A stretch of 64,000 bases of DNA. Origin: Calditrichia bacterium (GTDB taxonomy: Bacteria > Calditrichota > Calditrichia > JAJRVZ01). Below the pieces are notes generated by a model. That model did not search any database and was not told the origin of the DNA. It saw only the letters and a program-made list of their open reading frames with translations. This document shows, one piece after another, positions 51,725 to 60,947 of this stretch; positions within the stretch are counted from its first letter, which is position 1, and the number at the start of each line of letters is the position of its first letter. A program made the translations under genes and the position numbers. Where the stretch lies: contig CAWCNS010000007.1 in assembly GCA_963796965.1 (NCBI GenBank), positions 480,001 through 544,000 on the forward strand, written 5' to 3'.

Positions 51725-52429
51725 TTATTGTAAAAACTCAAAAATCAGATAGTGGGCAACTGTCTCGCCAATATTTTCTAAAGCATGTTTATCTGCCACA
51801 TGCCAATGGATATCACCTGCTTCCATTTTTGATTTCTTTGTATCCATTTTATCGGAAGTATACTGGATTTGGTAGGAAGTGAGAGAATAAATCAGCCGAT
51901 TGACACCGTGATGCATTGGTTGTGAATCACCCACAGCAAGTTTTATGTCAATGATCCGTACATGATCATTCTCAAAAATGGTGTTGGCATGTTTCGAATC
52001 TTGTTGACTAGCATCATTCGCTATGTCATAGTCCCCAGACTCAGGCAGTGCTTTCTCCTTGCGGGTTACGACGATATAGTTGGCGTCGGTATCACCGATA
52101 TTTTCAACGGCATGATCGATAGCGTCATGCCAGTGGACATCGCCCTTTGTCCAATCTTTCTCACTTACCTGATCGCCTTCAGTCCACTTTATCTTGTAAT
52201 CAGAGAGAGCGTAGACCACACGGAGGCCGCCTTTATGTTTGGGTAATTTGTCACCAGGTTTAAGCTTGAATTCAGCTAGTTTGACATAGTCATTTTCAAA
52301 CTGCACGATTTCATCAGTTGTCGCAGCCTTTTCAGTGACCTTTTCCTGCTTTTGACTGCAACCGCCAACAAAGAGAATAATACCAAAACAAATGATGAAT
52401 AGTATTGTTCCAACTTTTGCCATTAACAT
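51725..52429 (-). CDS. Lipoprotein with two tandem cupin-like domains
   Basis: Lipobox VGGC; two repeats of FENDxVxxxxxxLxxG....H...GDxHWH....HAxENIGxT. Confidence 0.78.
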   Translation of the reverse strand: MLMAKVGTILFIICFGIILFVGGCSQKQEKVTEKAATTDEIVQFENDYVKLAEFKLKPGDKLPKHKGGLRVVYALSDYKIKWTEGDQVSEKDWTKGDVHWHDAIDHAVENIGDTDANYIVVTRKEKALPESGDYDIANDASQQDSKHANTIFENDHVRIIDIKLAVGDSQPMHHGVNRLIYSLTSYQIQYTSDKMDTKKSKMEAGDIHWHVADKHALENIGETVAHYLIFEFLQ

Positions 52430-52639
52430 TTTTGTCTCCTTTACTGATATTTCTTCGTTTTCCTGAACTGTACTCTCTCCAACTTTTGCACCAGTCGGGC
52501 GCGCGCGTCCGATCTTCTTTTCGGATATAATTTAACTCCTTTTTAGTATAATACGCCAACCATAATTTCTAAAAAAAATAATTATTTTACAAGAATATTG
52601 CCTAAAATATATTTACCATCAAATTACCACATCGGACTT

Positions 52640-53227
52640 TTATAATAACTCCAATACAAAGTGATGCTGGCTTAATGGACCATGGGATAAATGTTCATGT
52701 GATAATTTTTTAAATCCACTTTTTTCAAAAGCTGACTTTATATCATCGATCGTATATAAACCATAATTTTTTACAAATGGTTTAAAAATATTTTTAACTA
52801 GTTCAGGAAAAGTAATATCTAACCAAATGAAATATCCGCCCGGGCGGAGTACCCTTTCAATTTCCCATATTGAATCTGACCAGTTAGGAATATGATGAAA
52901 AACATGTTGAGAAAGAACTAAATCGATGCTAGCATCTTCAAAAGATAATTTAGTTGCATCTTCAACCTGGAAGTGTAAATGTTCGATTACTGGTTGCAAT
53001 TTTTGGGCTAGTTGAATTTGTTCTAGATCATAGTCTGTACCATAAACTGCAAAGTTGTAAGATTCTGCTAAATAGGATGAAACAAAACCGACTCCACATC
53101 CAAGTTCTAGGACCGTATTAATTTTTTTTATCTCAATTTGTTGAAAAGCTGATCGTATTTTTTTGATATTTCCTTCAGATTTTTTTCTACGATTAACAAA
53201 ACGTTTTTCAATCTGAGTCATTTCCAT
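52640..53227 (-). CDS. Class I SAM-dependent methyltransferase
   Basis: VLELGCGVG, DATKLSFEDASID, VFHHIP and RVLRPGG. Confidence 0.88.
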   Translation of the reverse strand: MEMTQIEKRFVNRRKKSEGNIKKIRSAFQQIEIKKINTVLELGCGVGFVSSYLAESYNFAVYGTDYDLEQIQLAQKLQPVIEHLHFQVEDATKLSFEDASIDLVLSQHVFHHIPNWSDSIWEIERVLRPGGYFIWLDITFPELVKNIFKPFVKNYGLYTIDDIKSAFEKSGFKKLSHEHLSHGPLSQHHFVLELL

Positions 53228-53353
53228 AATTCAAAATCCAATACTCAATTAAAAAAATAGTATAGCAAAATTTGCCAATATTGCCCATCTTTAATTAATA
53301 GCATACTATTTATGCTAAGTGCATAATAATACTAAAAGATAACTATTGACCCT

Positions 53354-54523
53354 TCACTGGCGGTCCAGGGCAGCTGGAAAAGCGAATTTATACTGAATAG
53401 CATCCTCTGGGCAAACAGTCAGACAACGCGCACAACTGAAACAATCCTGAGGTAATTTTTTTCCATAAAGCAGTCCTTTTGCTGACTCCAAGGGACAGAT
53501 CTTTATACATGCACCACCCTGGGTACATTTATTTTTGTCGATTACGACCCCAAAAAGACTATAACGTTCTGCTAGCCATGAAACCAGACCAAAAGGACAA
53601 ATGAGTTGACAAAATGGTCGATAAATGAAAAAGGATCCCGCAATAAGAGCAAGAATTGTAAGTACAATAGAAAAAGTTTCAAAATCCCAATTAAAAAGAT
53701 TAAAAGGATTAACATAATGATAAAGGACCACCCCTTTTCCTCTCCCTAATTTTCCAAACAGAAAATAAAGCATAAGTATAAACAAAGAGACACGAATAAA
53801 GTTGGTCAATACAAAAGGTAACTTCTTTTTCTTATTTTTTTTTACAAAGGGCAGAATGTATATTAATTCTTGTAGGGAGCCCAAGGGACAAGCCCAACCA
53901 CAAATCAACTTATTACCGACTATAGCGAGAACTAGAAAAAAAAGAAGTATAAAAACTTTTACCCAGGGATCCGGATAAAGTCCAACTATTGATTTAATTA
54001 CCTTTACAAATCCTTCCATGGGATTAGGGGACTTGCCCAGTACAAATCCAGCGACTATAACTGACACGATCAAAGTAATAACATAGGGTGCTCTTGGATA
54101 CCAGTTTTTCCTGTTTTTTATATTACTTTCATCTGGTCGTCCCAATTTGACTAAAAAAACCAACCCCCATAGAACCAACGCTATATATATATAGTATTTT
54201 ATATTTGCATTGTGATGAGAAAAAAGGTGTTGAAGAACAGGTTTAAGTTCTGCATCAGTCACACCTAATGTGTATAGTGGTCTTTTTTTAGAAACATTTA
54301 AAGGCATATTTAACTCACGGGCCATTGATTTGGGTGTGACACCAAGCTTGTGAGCAATCTGCCTGATCGACATATCTACGCTCAGGTTAGCCGGAATATT
54401 TGTCTCGTGTTCTGGTTCAACTAAAGATCCTAGCAAAACAATTACAATCATTATCGCGAATACACCGAACATCCAAATTCGTTGTTTCCACGAGAGTAAA
54501 AAAAACCAGCCATTTGAACTCAT
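53354..54523 (-). CDS. Membrane 4Fe-4S binding protein (NapH/MauN-like polyferredoxin) with extra N-terminal domain
   Basis: CGWACPLG, RPFCQLICPFG, CTQGGACIKICP and CFSCARCLTVCP; several TM helices; ATG 54523 overlaps the upstream stop (ATGA). Confidence 0.85.
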   Translation of the reverse strand: MSSNGWFFLLSWKQRIWMFGVFAIMIVIVLLGSLVEPEHETNIPANLSVDMSIRQIAHKLGVTPKSMARELNMPLNVSKKRPLYTLGVTDAELKPVLQHLFSHHNANIKYYIYIALVLWGLVFLVKLGRPDESNIKNRKNWYPRAPYVITLIVSVIVAGFVLGKSPNPMEGFVKVIKSIVGLYPDPWVKVFILLFFLVLAIVGNKLICGWACPLGSLQELIYILPFVKKNKKKKLPFVLTNFIRVSLFILMLYFLFGKLGRGKGVVLYHYVNPFNLFNWDFETFSIVLTILALIAGSFFIYRPFCQLICPFGLVSWLAERYSLFGVVIDKNKCTQGGACIKICPLESAKGLLYGKKLPQDCFSCARCLTVCPEDAIQYKFAFPAALDRQ

Positions 54524-54981
54524 CTGCGTTGTCTCCGGCCACTCCACACAGGAATACCAATTTCATCGCGAAGCGTAAGTTTCTCCCCCCGCTTCTCTAT
54601 GCTTGCAGCAATCATTGCTGGTTTTCCTTCATACGTGATCCTTGAACCTTTTACTTCAATGGTATCATTCTGAACAATGGCAAAATCCAGACTATCAATA
54701 AACCAAGCAGGACCGAGATGCACGCTAATATCTTCATCCTTCATTCTCATGGTTAAATGGATCCCACAATACCTTCCTCCCGTTGGCGTAGTCCTCTCTA
54801 TCATAATCACCGTACCAGCAAGTGTTTCCACAGTATTCGTATCATACATTCTACCATAAGATGATGTTCTTCCTCTTCCCCCACCTCCTCGCCGATTATA
54901 ATTATTCTGGGCGAACGAATCTGTGTAAAAGACACACAGGACCAAACTGCATATTAGTGCTACATTAGCTTTTAGTTTCAT
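54520..54981 (-). CDS. Secreted OB-fold-like protein resembling the MamS/MamX domain
   Basis: Signal peptide, Gly/Arg-rich linker, YDTNTVETLAGTV...VHLGPAWF...IEVKGS...LRDEIGIPVW. Confidence 0.65.
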   Translation of the reverse strand: MKLKANVALICSLVLCVFYTDSFAQNNYNRRGGGGRGRTSSYGRMYDTNTVETLAGTVIMIERTTPTGGRYCGIHLTMRMKDEDISVHLGPAWFIDSLDFAIVQNDTIEVKGSRITYEGKPAMIAASIEKRGEKLTLRDEIGIPVWSGRRQRR

Positions 54982-55004
54982 TTTTATATATCCTTATTAG
55001 GTAG

Positions 55005-55256
55005 CTACCAATTGATATGAACTTTTCTTGACTCGTTAACTAATATTTCTGTTGTATTTGGCTGTATCGGATTAGGAATAATACAATCTTCAGGACAAAC
55101 ATTGACACATTGCGGCGAATCAGCAATACCCAGGCATTCTGTACAATTGGCAGGATCAATTATATAAATATCTTTACCCTTAGAAATAGCCTCATTGGGA
55201 CATTCTGTCAGGCATGCATCGCAAGAAATACACTCTTCAGTTATTATCATTGCCAT
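55005..55256 (-). CDS. YfhL-type 2[4Fe-4S] ferredoxin
   Basis: CISCDACLTECP and CTECLGIADSPQCVNVCPEDC; GGAGG RBS. Confidence 0.9.
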   Translation of the reverse strand: MAMIITEECISCDACLTECPNEAISKGKDIYIIDPANCTECLGIADSPQCVNVCPEDCIIPNPIQPNTTEILVNESRKVHINW

Positions 55257-55436
55257 CTTATACCTCCCCTAATTCTAAATATTAAATAAAATTTTTTCTG
55301 GTGGCATGTTATCTTTAGACTTCTATAAGTTTTAATAAAAGAAATTCTTTAAAACTAACAATCCCCAATGCAAGCATCGGAGTATTTCGCCAGTTTTATT
55401 TCGATATAAATTTCGACAAACACAATTTCTTTAATT

Positions 55437-55502
55437 CACCTCTCCCCGACCCTCTCCTCGAAGAGAGGGAAAAATAGGAAACCCCGGGGCAAGCCCGGAG
55501 GA
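55437..55502. repeat. CCCTCTC...GAGAGGG hairpin plus CCCCGGGGCAAGCCCGGAGG REP-like hairpin
   Basis: CACCTCTCCCCGACCCTCTCCTCGAAGAGAGGGA and ACCCCGGGGCAAGCCCGGAGG. Confidence 0.5.
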
Positions 55503-55512
55503 ATTCTTATGA

Positions 55513-55959
55513 TTAATCATAAGATAAACGAAGTTTTTCAGTCGCTAAAATTGGACCAATTCGATCACGCCATTTAGAGTTCTTCCATGTACCCAACTTA
55601 TGATGCATATTTAAATATTTCTCCGGAATTGGATGGGTTCCATAAACTACAGGAATATCATATTTTTTCTGGATATACTCCCGAAAATATTCAATATGAG
55701 CACAGGGGGGATAACCGACAATTAAACCGGTTGCCAGATGAATTTGTTCAACCCCATTTCCCTTCATTTCATCAACTGTATATTCAATATTACCTCCCGG
55801 ACAGCCAGCACAGGTCGTATATCCTACAAGTTCTACTGGTTTTCTTTCATATATACTAAAAGCCCCTTCCCTTTCTCTAAGAGCCCTTAGACATTTACCA
55901 CCTGCACAACGGCGATATCTATCACATATTATAATTCCAATCTTGACAGACTCACTCAT
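55513..55959 (-). CDS. CGGC domain-containing metal-binding protein
   Basis: KIGIIIC...CAGGKC...GYTTCAGCPG...IHLATG...YPPC...VVYGTH. Confidence 0.88.
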   Translation of the reverse strand: MSESVKIGIIICDRYRRCAGGKCLRALREREGAFSIYERKPVELVGYTTCAGCPGGNIEYTVDEMKGNGVEQIHLATGLIVGYPPCAHIEYFREYIQKKYDIPVVYGTHPIPEKYLNMHHKLGTWKNSKWRDRIGPILATEKLRLSYD

Positions 55960-55960
55960 T

Positions 55961-56918
55961 CTAACTTCCCGATCTTGCAAAAGTTTTGGCAGGCCGTATA
56001 TAAAATTTGCTACCTGCATATTCTACTTCTTTCAACTTATCATGAACTAATAAGTGTTCGATCACCTCCCAATTAGATCTAGCTTTATGCAACAATTCAT
56101 TTACCGAATCCAGGCGAAGAGGATGTACAGAGGCAATGCTTAGAATGTCATGTTCAATCTGACCGGAATATCCAAAATCATTACCTTCATAACCTATCAA
56201 ATATTCAACCGTATCAACCTTTTCGTTAAATATTTGAAAAGTCTCGGTTTATCGTTGATTCATCAGGTCTTAATAGGTTTTTCAACGCAGTCGGCCTTGT
56301 TGGTATGGCCACATAGGCTTTAAAAGGCTGAAGTTTTGAAATAAATCCTGCCACGTTTTCAATATTAGAATAGGAGCAGTTCACTCCATCGACCAGCATT
56401 GTTTCAGTTGTGAGTCTGCCTTTATAAATCTTGGAAAATCTGATTATTTCTTCAAGAATTGTTTCCAGATTCAATTTCTTGTAAGGGCGGTTAATTTTCT
56501 TCCACACCCTATGATCTACCGAATCAATTTTTATTGATATGTAATCCACTTTCATTAAGTCATCGCGGACATCAGGAAGTGTTATCAGCGATCCATTCGT
56601 TATTACCGCTATTTTATGATCAAGCAATTTTAACAGATCGATTTCATGCCCAAGATTGCAATCCAGGGTTGGCTCCCCATCCGCTACAAAAGTAAAATAG
56701 TCAATTTTCTCCTGCTTCTTTTTCAACTTCACAACTAAGTCCTGGACGTCCCCAAAAATATCTTCCGGTTTATAGTACTCCCTTCTCCTCTGCTCATAGT
56801 TTATTGTTTTACCTACCTGGCAATAGATACAGGAATAAGAGCATATTTTTGAAGGTATATTATTTATTCCCAAACTTTTTCCTAACCGTCTCGAAGGGAC
56901 GGGACCAAATGCAATCAT
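55961..56918 (-). CDS. Radical SAM protein (TYW1-like archaeal/anaerobe family), frameshift near 56230
   Basis: FGPVPSRRLGKSLGIN, CSYSCIYC (CxxxCxxC), GEPTL and ITNGSL; C-terminus (LIGYEGNDF...SVHPLR) in the next frame. Confidence 0.88.
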
Positions 56919-57148
56919 AACACCACCTTCACTTTGCGCATTTAAAACATCCTATTTATTAATTTCACTGTTTTGTGTTTAACCTCAGCCACCAGGTGCA
57001 AAAAAGATATTCTAATCAAACTGATTCACCTTCTCCAGCTAGCAACTTCCTCCGATTCTATTATTAATTTTACTTCAATTATTTATATTATAAACGACAA
57101 AAGTCTTCATATGCCTTACAATTTTCATGCGATCTCTACCTTGTAGGA

Positions 57149-57165
57149 TTCAAATATTAGGCCAG
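57149..57165 (-). promoter_or_regulatory. Putative sigma-54 promoter for the radical SAM-CGGC unit
   Basis: Minus strand CTGGCCTAATATTTGAA = GG-N10-GA. Confidence 0.55.
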
Positions 57166-57230
57166 TTTATTATTCTCCCTAATCTATTAATAATACAATA
57201 CTTATCCCACTTTTATTAAACTGATCAAAA

Positions 57231-57282
57231 TTGCAGTAATGCAATTTCCTGTATTATGCCTGACTATTTTGCAATCTCGCAA
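57231..57282. promoter_or_regulatory. Putative enhancer boxes (TTGCA-N4-TGCAA)
   Basis: TTGCAGTAATGCAA (57231-57244) and TTGCAATCTCGCAA (57269-57282). Confidence 0.62.
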
Positions 57283-57596
57283 TAGGTGCAAGGGATGGAT
57301 GCACAGGGATAATTTTTTCAATTAAACCAACCTGGAATCACTATAAATAAGGTGAGCATTCCACAGCAGCAGAGTGGTGAAAATTTATATTAGATATGTT
57401 ATCGATTCGGTAGTGGTTAATTTATTTATAGTCGTGGAAATCTGGACAGTAATAGAACGTTGCTCGCACGAAGACATGGGCCCTAGTCGCTCGGCGTTCA
57501 GTTTTTATACTATCATCGTGTTTGAAAAGTGAATAGAATTTGATGAGAAGTGTAACTTCTTGATCTAGGCGGGAAGATCTACATGCTAAAGATTTA

Positions 57597-59327
57597 CTAT
57601 TTTTCAAATAAATTAAATTTTTTCATTTTTCGCCATAAGGTGCTCTTGTCGATACCAAGTATTTCTGCCGCTTTTAGACGGTCATTACCACATTTTTTTA
57701 TAATAGATTGGATGTGTAATTTTTCAGCATCTTTAATAGTTTCTGTCTTCATCGCACCATCTTCTTTTGTAATTTCCTGTTCCAGATTTTTAATTAACCA
57801 TTCAGGCAGACTATTTGTATTGATTGTTTCATCACTACATAAAACAAAAACATGTTCCAATACATTTTCTAATTCCCGGATATTACCCGGCCAATGGTAT
57901 TTATTCAGGAGTTCAAATGCCTCAGGAGAGATATGTGTAATCTTCTTTTTAAACTTTTTGCGAAAAGTCTGCAAAAAATGTTCAGTCAATAAGGCTAAAT
58001 CCTCTATTCGCTCCCGTAGCGGTGGTAGATGTATATTAACGACATTTATACGGTAAAATAAATCATCACGGAATCGTTTTTCTTCAATTTCTTTATTCAA
58101 ATCCTTATTAGTAGCAACAATTATTCGGGCGTTCATCACAAGAGGCTTGGTGCCACCAACCCTTTCGAACTGCCTTGTTTCTAGTACGCGAAGTAGTTTC
58201 ACCTGAACTTGCGATGCAAGATCGCCAATTTCATCCAGAAAAAGGGTGCCATTTTGAGCCAGCTCAAAACGACCTGGTTTTGTTTTAACTGCACCAGTAA
58301 AAGCGCCTCTTTCATGACCGAACAACTCACTTTCCAGGAGCGTTTCTGCAAAGGCACTACAATTAACAGCCATAAAGGGTTGTGTTCTATGGTCACTATT
58401 TAAATGTATGGCTCTGGCTATAAGTTCTTTCCCCGTTCCACTCTCCCCCGTTACCAATACGGTACTATCCGTTTGGGATACATGCTCCAACATATTGTAC
58501 ACATTGTGCATAGCCTTGCTATTACCAATGATATTTTCATAACTATAGCGCTGTTCTAGATGCTTAGAAAGAACTTTTATTTCAGTAATATCGCGAAACA
58601 TCTCTATGCCACCGATGTGCTCTTCTTTGGCATCAATAAATGGTTGGGAATAAACACGAATGGGTATACTGTTACCTATTTTATTCCTAATTGTTATTTC
58701 TTTATTTTCCATCTGTTTACCAGATTTAAGTGTTGTTTCCATATGGCACCCATTGCGACACACATTTGAATTAAAAACTTCCCAACACTTTTTTCCTCTT
58801 GCCTCTTCTTTTGAATATCCGGTAATTTTCTCGGCAGAATGATTAAAAGAGGTTATATTCCACTCATTATCTATAGTAAAGATCCCCTCTGAAACACCGT
58901 GAAAGATATTTTCAAATCGGTTTTTCTCATCTACAATTTCCTGGATTTTGTCCGCCAGGGACTCCGCTAGCTTAATCATCTCATTGGCATCGCGTATAAC
59001 AACCACGACACTAATAATTTCATCTGAAGATCTCCTAATCGGTGTAATTGATGTAAATGTTTTTAGGGTGCGATGATTGCTGCAGGTAAGATGTATGTTT
59101 AAGTTTGAGTATGATTTCCCCTCAGACAATGCCTTTTCTATATATTGCTTGTCTGTCAGAGAATTTTCAAAAAGAAAATGATAATTTTTAAGTGAAACCT
59201 CATCATCATGATAACCAGTAATTCTTCTAGCTGCTTCATTAAAAGCGATAATCTTAGAATCGCTATCAATTATAATCACGCCATCCGCTGAATAGAGGTT
59301 ATATTTATCAATATTTATTTTATCCAT
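57597..59327 (-). CDS. Sigma-54-dependent enhancer-binding protein with two PAS domains and Fis-type HTH
   Basis: Two FN.AA..ITGY PAS repeats (second with C-x6-C-x3-C: CWEVFNSNVCRNGC region), GESGTGKE, intact GAFTGA, FLDEIG, WPGNIREL and LGIDKSTLWRK. Confidence 0.93.
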   Translation of the reverse strand: MDKINIDKYNLYSADGVIIIDSDSKIIAFNEAARRITGYHDDEVSLKNYHFLFENSLTDKQYIEKALSEGKSYSNLNIHLTCSNHRTLKTFTSITPIRRSSDEIISVVVVIRDANEMIKLAESLADKIQEIVDEKNRFENIFHGVSEGIFTIDNEWNITSFNHSAEKITGYSKEEARGKKCWEVFNSNVCRNGCHMETTLKSGKQMENKEITIRNKIGNSIPIRVYSQPFIDAKEEHIGGIEMFRDITEIKVLSKHLEQRYSYENIIGNSKAMHNVYNMLEHVSQTDSTVLVTGESGTGKELIARAIHLNSDHRTQPFMAVNCSAFAETLLESELFGHERGAFTGAVKTKPGRFELAQNGTLFLDEIGDLASQVQVKLLRVLETRQFERVGGTKPLVMNARIIVATNKDLNKEIEEKRFRDDLFYRINVVNIHLPPLRERIEDLALLTEHFLQTFRKKFKKKITHISPEAFELLNKYHWPGNIRELENVLEHVFVLCSDETINTNSLPEWLIKNLEQEITKEDGAMKTETIKDAEKLHIQSIIKKCGNDRLKAAEILGIDKSTLWRKMKKFNLFEK

Positions 59328-59422
59328 TATTCAAATATACTGGTTAGAGCAAAGTACCTTAACAATATAAGGTGAATGATAATTGAATTCTATTAAAATA
59401 CAATTAAAAATTTAGGGTAAGC

Positions 59423-60351
59423 CTATAATGCAGAAATGTCATTTACAAAATCTTGTTCATTCCATTTTACTGTCAAGACAGAACATGATGCCGATCTCAC
59501 CACTTTTTCGGTAACACTTCCCAAAAGAAATTTATCAATACCACTGTGACCATGTGTTCCGATAATTATTAAATCATTTTTATTTTCTTCTGAGAACTTT
59601 AAAATTTCTTTGGATGGTTTTCCATCTTTAAAATACCTATTAATAGTCAGTCGACCAGCCCGTTCGTTTTTGACAAGGTCATCCAAGGATCCCGAAACTC
59701 TTTCTTTAATGTCAGGAATCATTTGAGTAATGGACTTCATTCCCCAGGCATATAAGGCAGGATGAACATCCGTGTCAACAACATAGAGCAAATCAATAGT
59801 ACTATTAAACTTTGTGGCAAAGTTCACCGCATAATGAAATGCTTTCCGGGAAAGATCTGAAAAATCAAATGGAACTAAAATTTTTTCCGGTCTTTTAATT
59901 ATCCTGGTTTCTGCGTGCAACGTTAAAACTGGGCATGGCGCATACCGCACGAGCATTTCTGCAACACTGCCCAGAAGGAAATGCGCAAAGCCACCATGTC
60001 CATGTGTTCCCATCACCACGAGATCTACAGGATTAAGTTTCATATAATCGAGAATAGTGCATGAGCAGAGATTCCTCTTAATATATCATGTGTTATTGTT
60101 ATTTTATCGGAATCTTCTACTGGTAAATCATTCAAGCGTGCCAATAAAGCCTCATCGATGTTCTGCTCATATTGTTTCAGGTTTTCGATCTCCGCATCGA
60201 TACCATGGGGATTATCACTATAAAGCACGCGAGCATGAACAATATTTAATTGAGCCTTAAATTCTTTGCAGATAATCATTGCCAAATCAATAGCGTGAAG
60301 TGACGTATGAGAGAAATCGGTTGGCACCAATACACGATTAATTTTAATCAC
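59423..60351 (-). CDS. Tandem-domain universal stress protein, frameshift near 60048
   Basis: VLVPTDFS and ILVPFDFS; two GTHG......LLGSV.E..VR...C.VLT motifs. Confidence 0.88.
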
Positions 60352-60445
60352 TTTCCACCTACTCCCTATTTTATATGAAGAATTGTAATCAAATTACTAT
60401 TTAATTGTTTTCCCGGAGAATCTAAACAGTAGTCACCGGACTTTT

Positions 60446-60901
60446 TTACATTTCTTTTAATTCAAGTGCTTCATTAACAAACTTCTTTTTTTCTCTTTCA
60501 GCGGATTTCAGCAAACAAGTAAATATTTCCTTAATCCTATTAGATTCTGAGCTATCAACAATCCTTTTAAATGCGTTGATAATACAATCGTCCAAACGCA
60601 GTGCAACGCTGATTACATCATCAATCGACATACTATGGTTCAGATCGCTATCTTTAAAACATTCTTGATAGGTCGAAGCCGGTGTATGTTTAAACCATGT
60701 ATTTAATATGTCTTTAGAGGCGTTATCCTCATATTCTGACATGCATAACTCCAACTTTTTTTCATGACGGCTCATATAATCCAATAGTAATTTTACTTTC
60801 TCCTTATCTGCAATCAAATAAAGTTGGTTGTAATATTTGCCTACCTGGGCATGAAAATTACGCACCCGATCAAAGACATCTGCTACAGTTTCATAAGCCA
60901 T
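60446..60901 (-). CDS. Ferritin/rubrerythrin-like four-helix protein
   Basis: All-helical 151 aa with F..H....YY, LLDYMSRHE and IF..L...E pattern; AGGAGG RBS. Confidence 0.55.
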   Translation of the reverse strand: MAYETVADVFDRVRNFHAQVGKYYNQLYLIADKEKVKLLLDYMSRHEKKLELCMSEYEDNASKDILNTWFKHTPASTYQECFKDSDLNHSMSIDDVISVALRLDDCIINAFKRIVDSSESNRIKEIFTCLLKSAEREKKKFVNEALELKEM

Positions 60902-60947
60902 TTTATTTTCCTCCTGTTAGATCGAAACTTATATACTACTTATTCAA

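Noticed and set aside
53264..53278. Sigma-54 promoter before the 52640-53227 methyltransferase
   Set aside because: TTGGCAAATTTTGCT has only 8 bases between GG and GC rather than the required 10.
54520..54981. Magnetosome gene cluster
   Set aside because: Only one MamS/MamX-like domain; no mamA/B/E/K/M/Q-like genes or magnetochrome CxxCH motifs.
57430..57590. GC-richer intergenic stretch as riboswitch, ncRNA or attC site
   Set aside because: Only a short GAACG/CGTTC pairing; I could not match a known family. An Infernal/Rfam scan would settle it.
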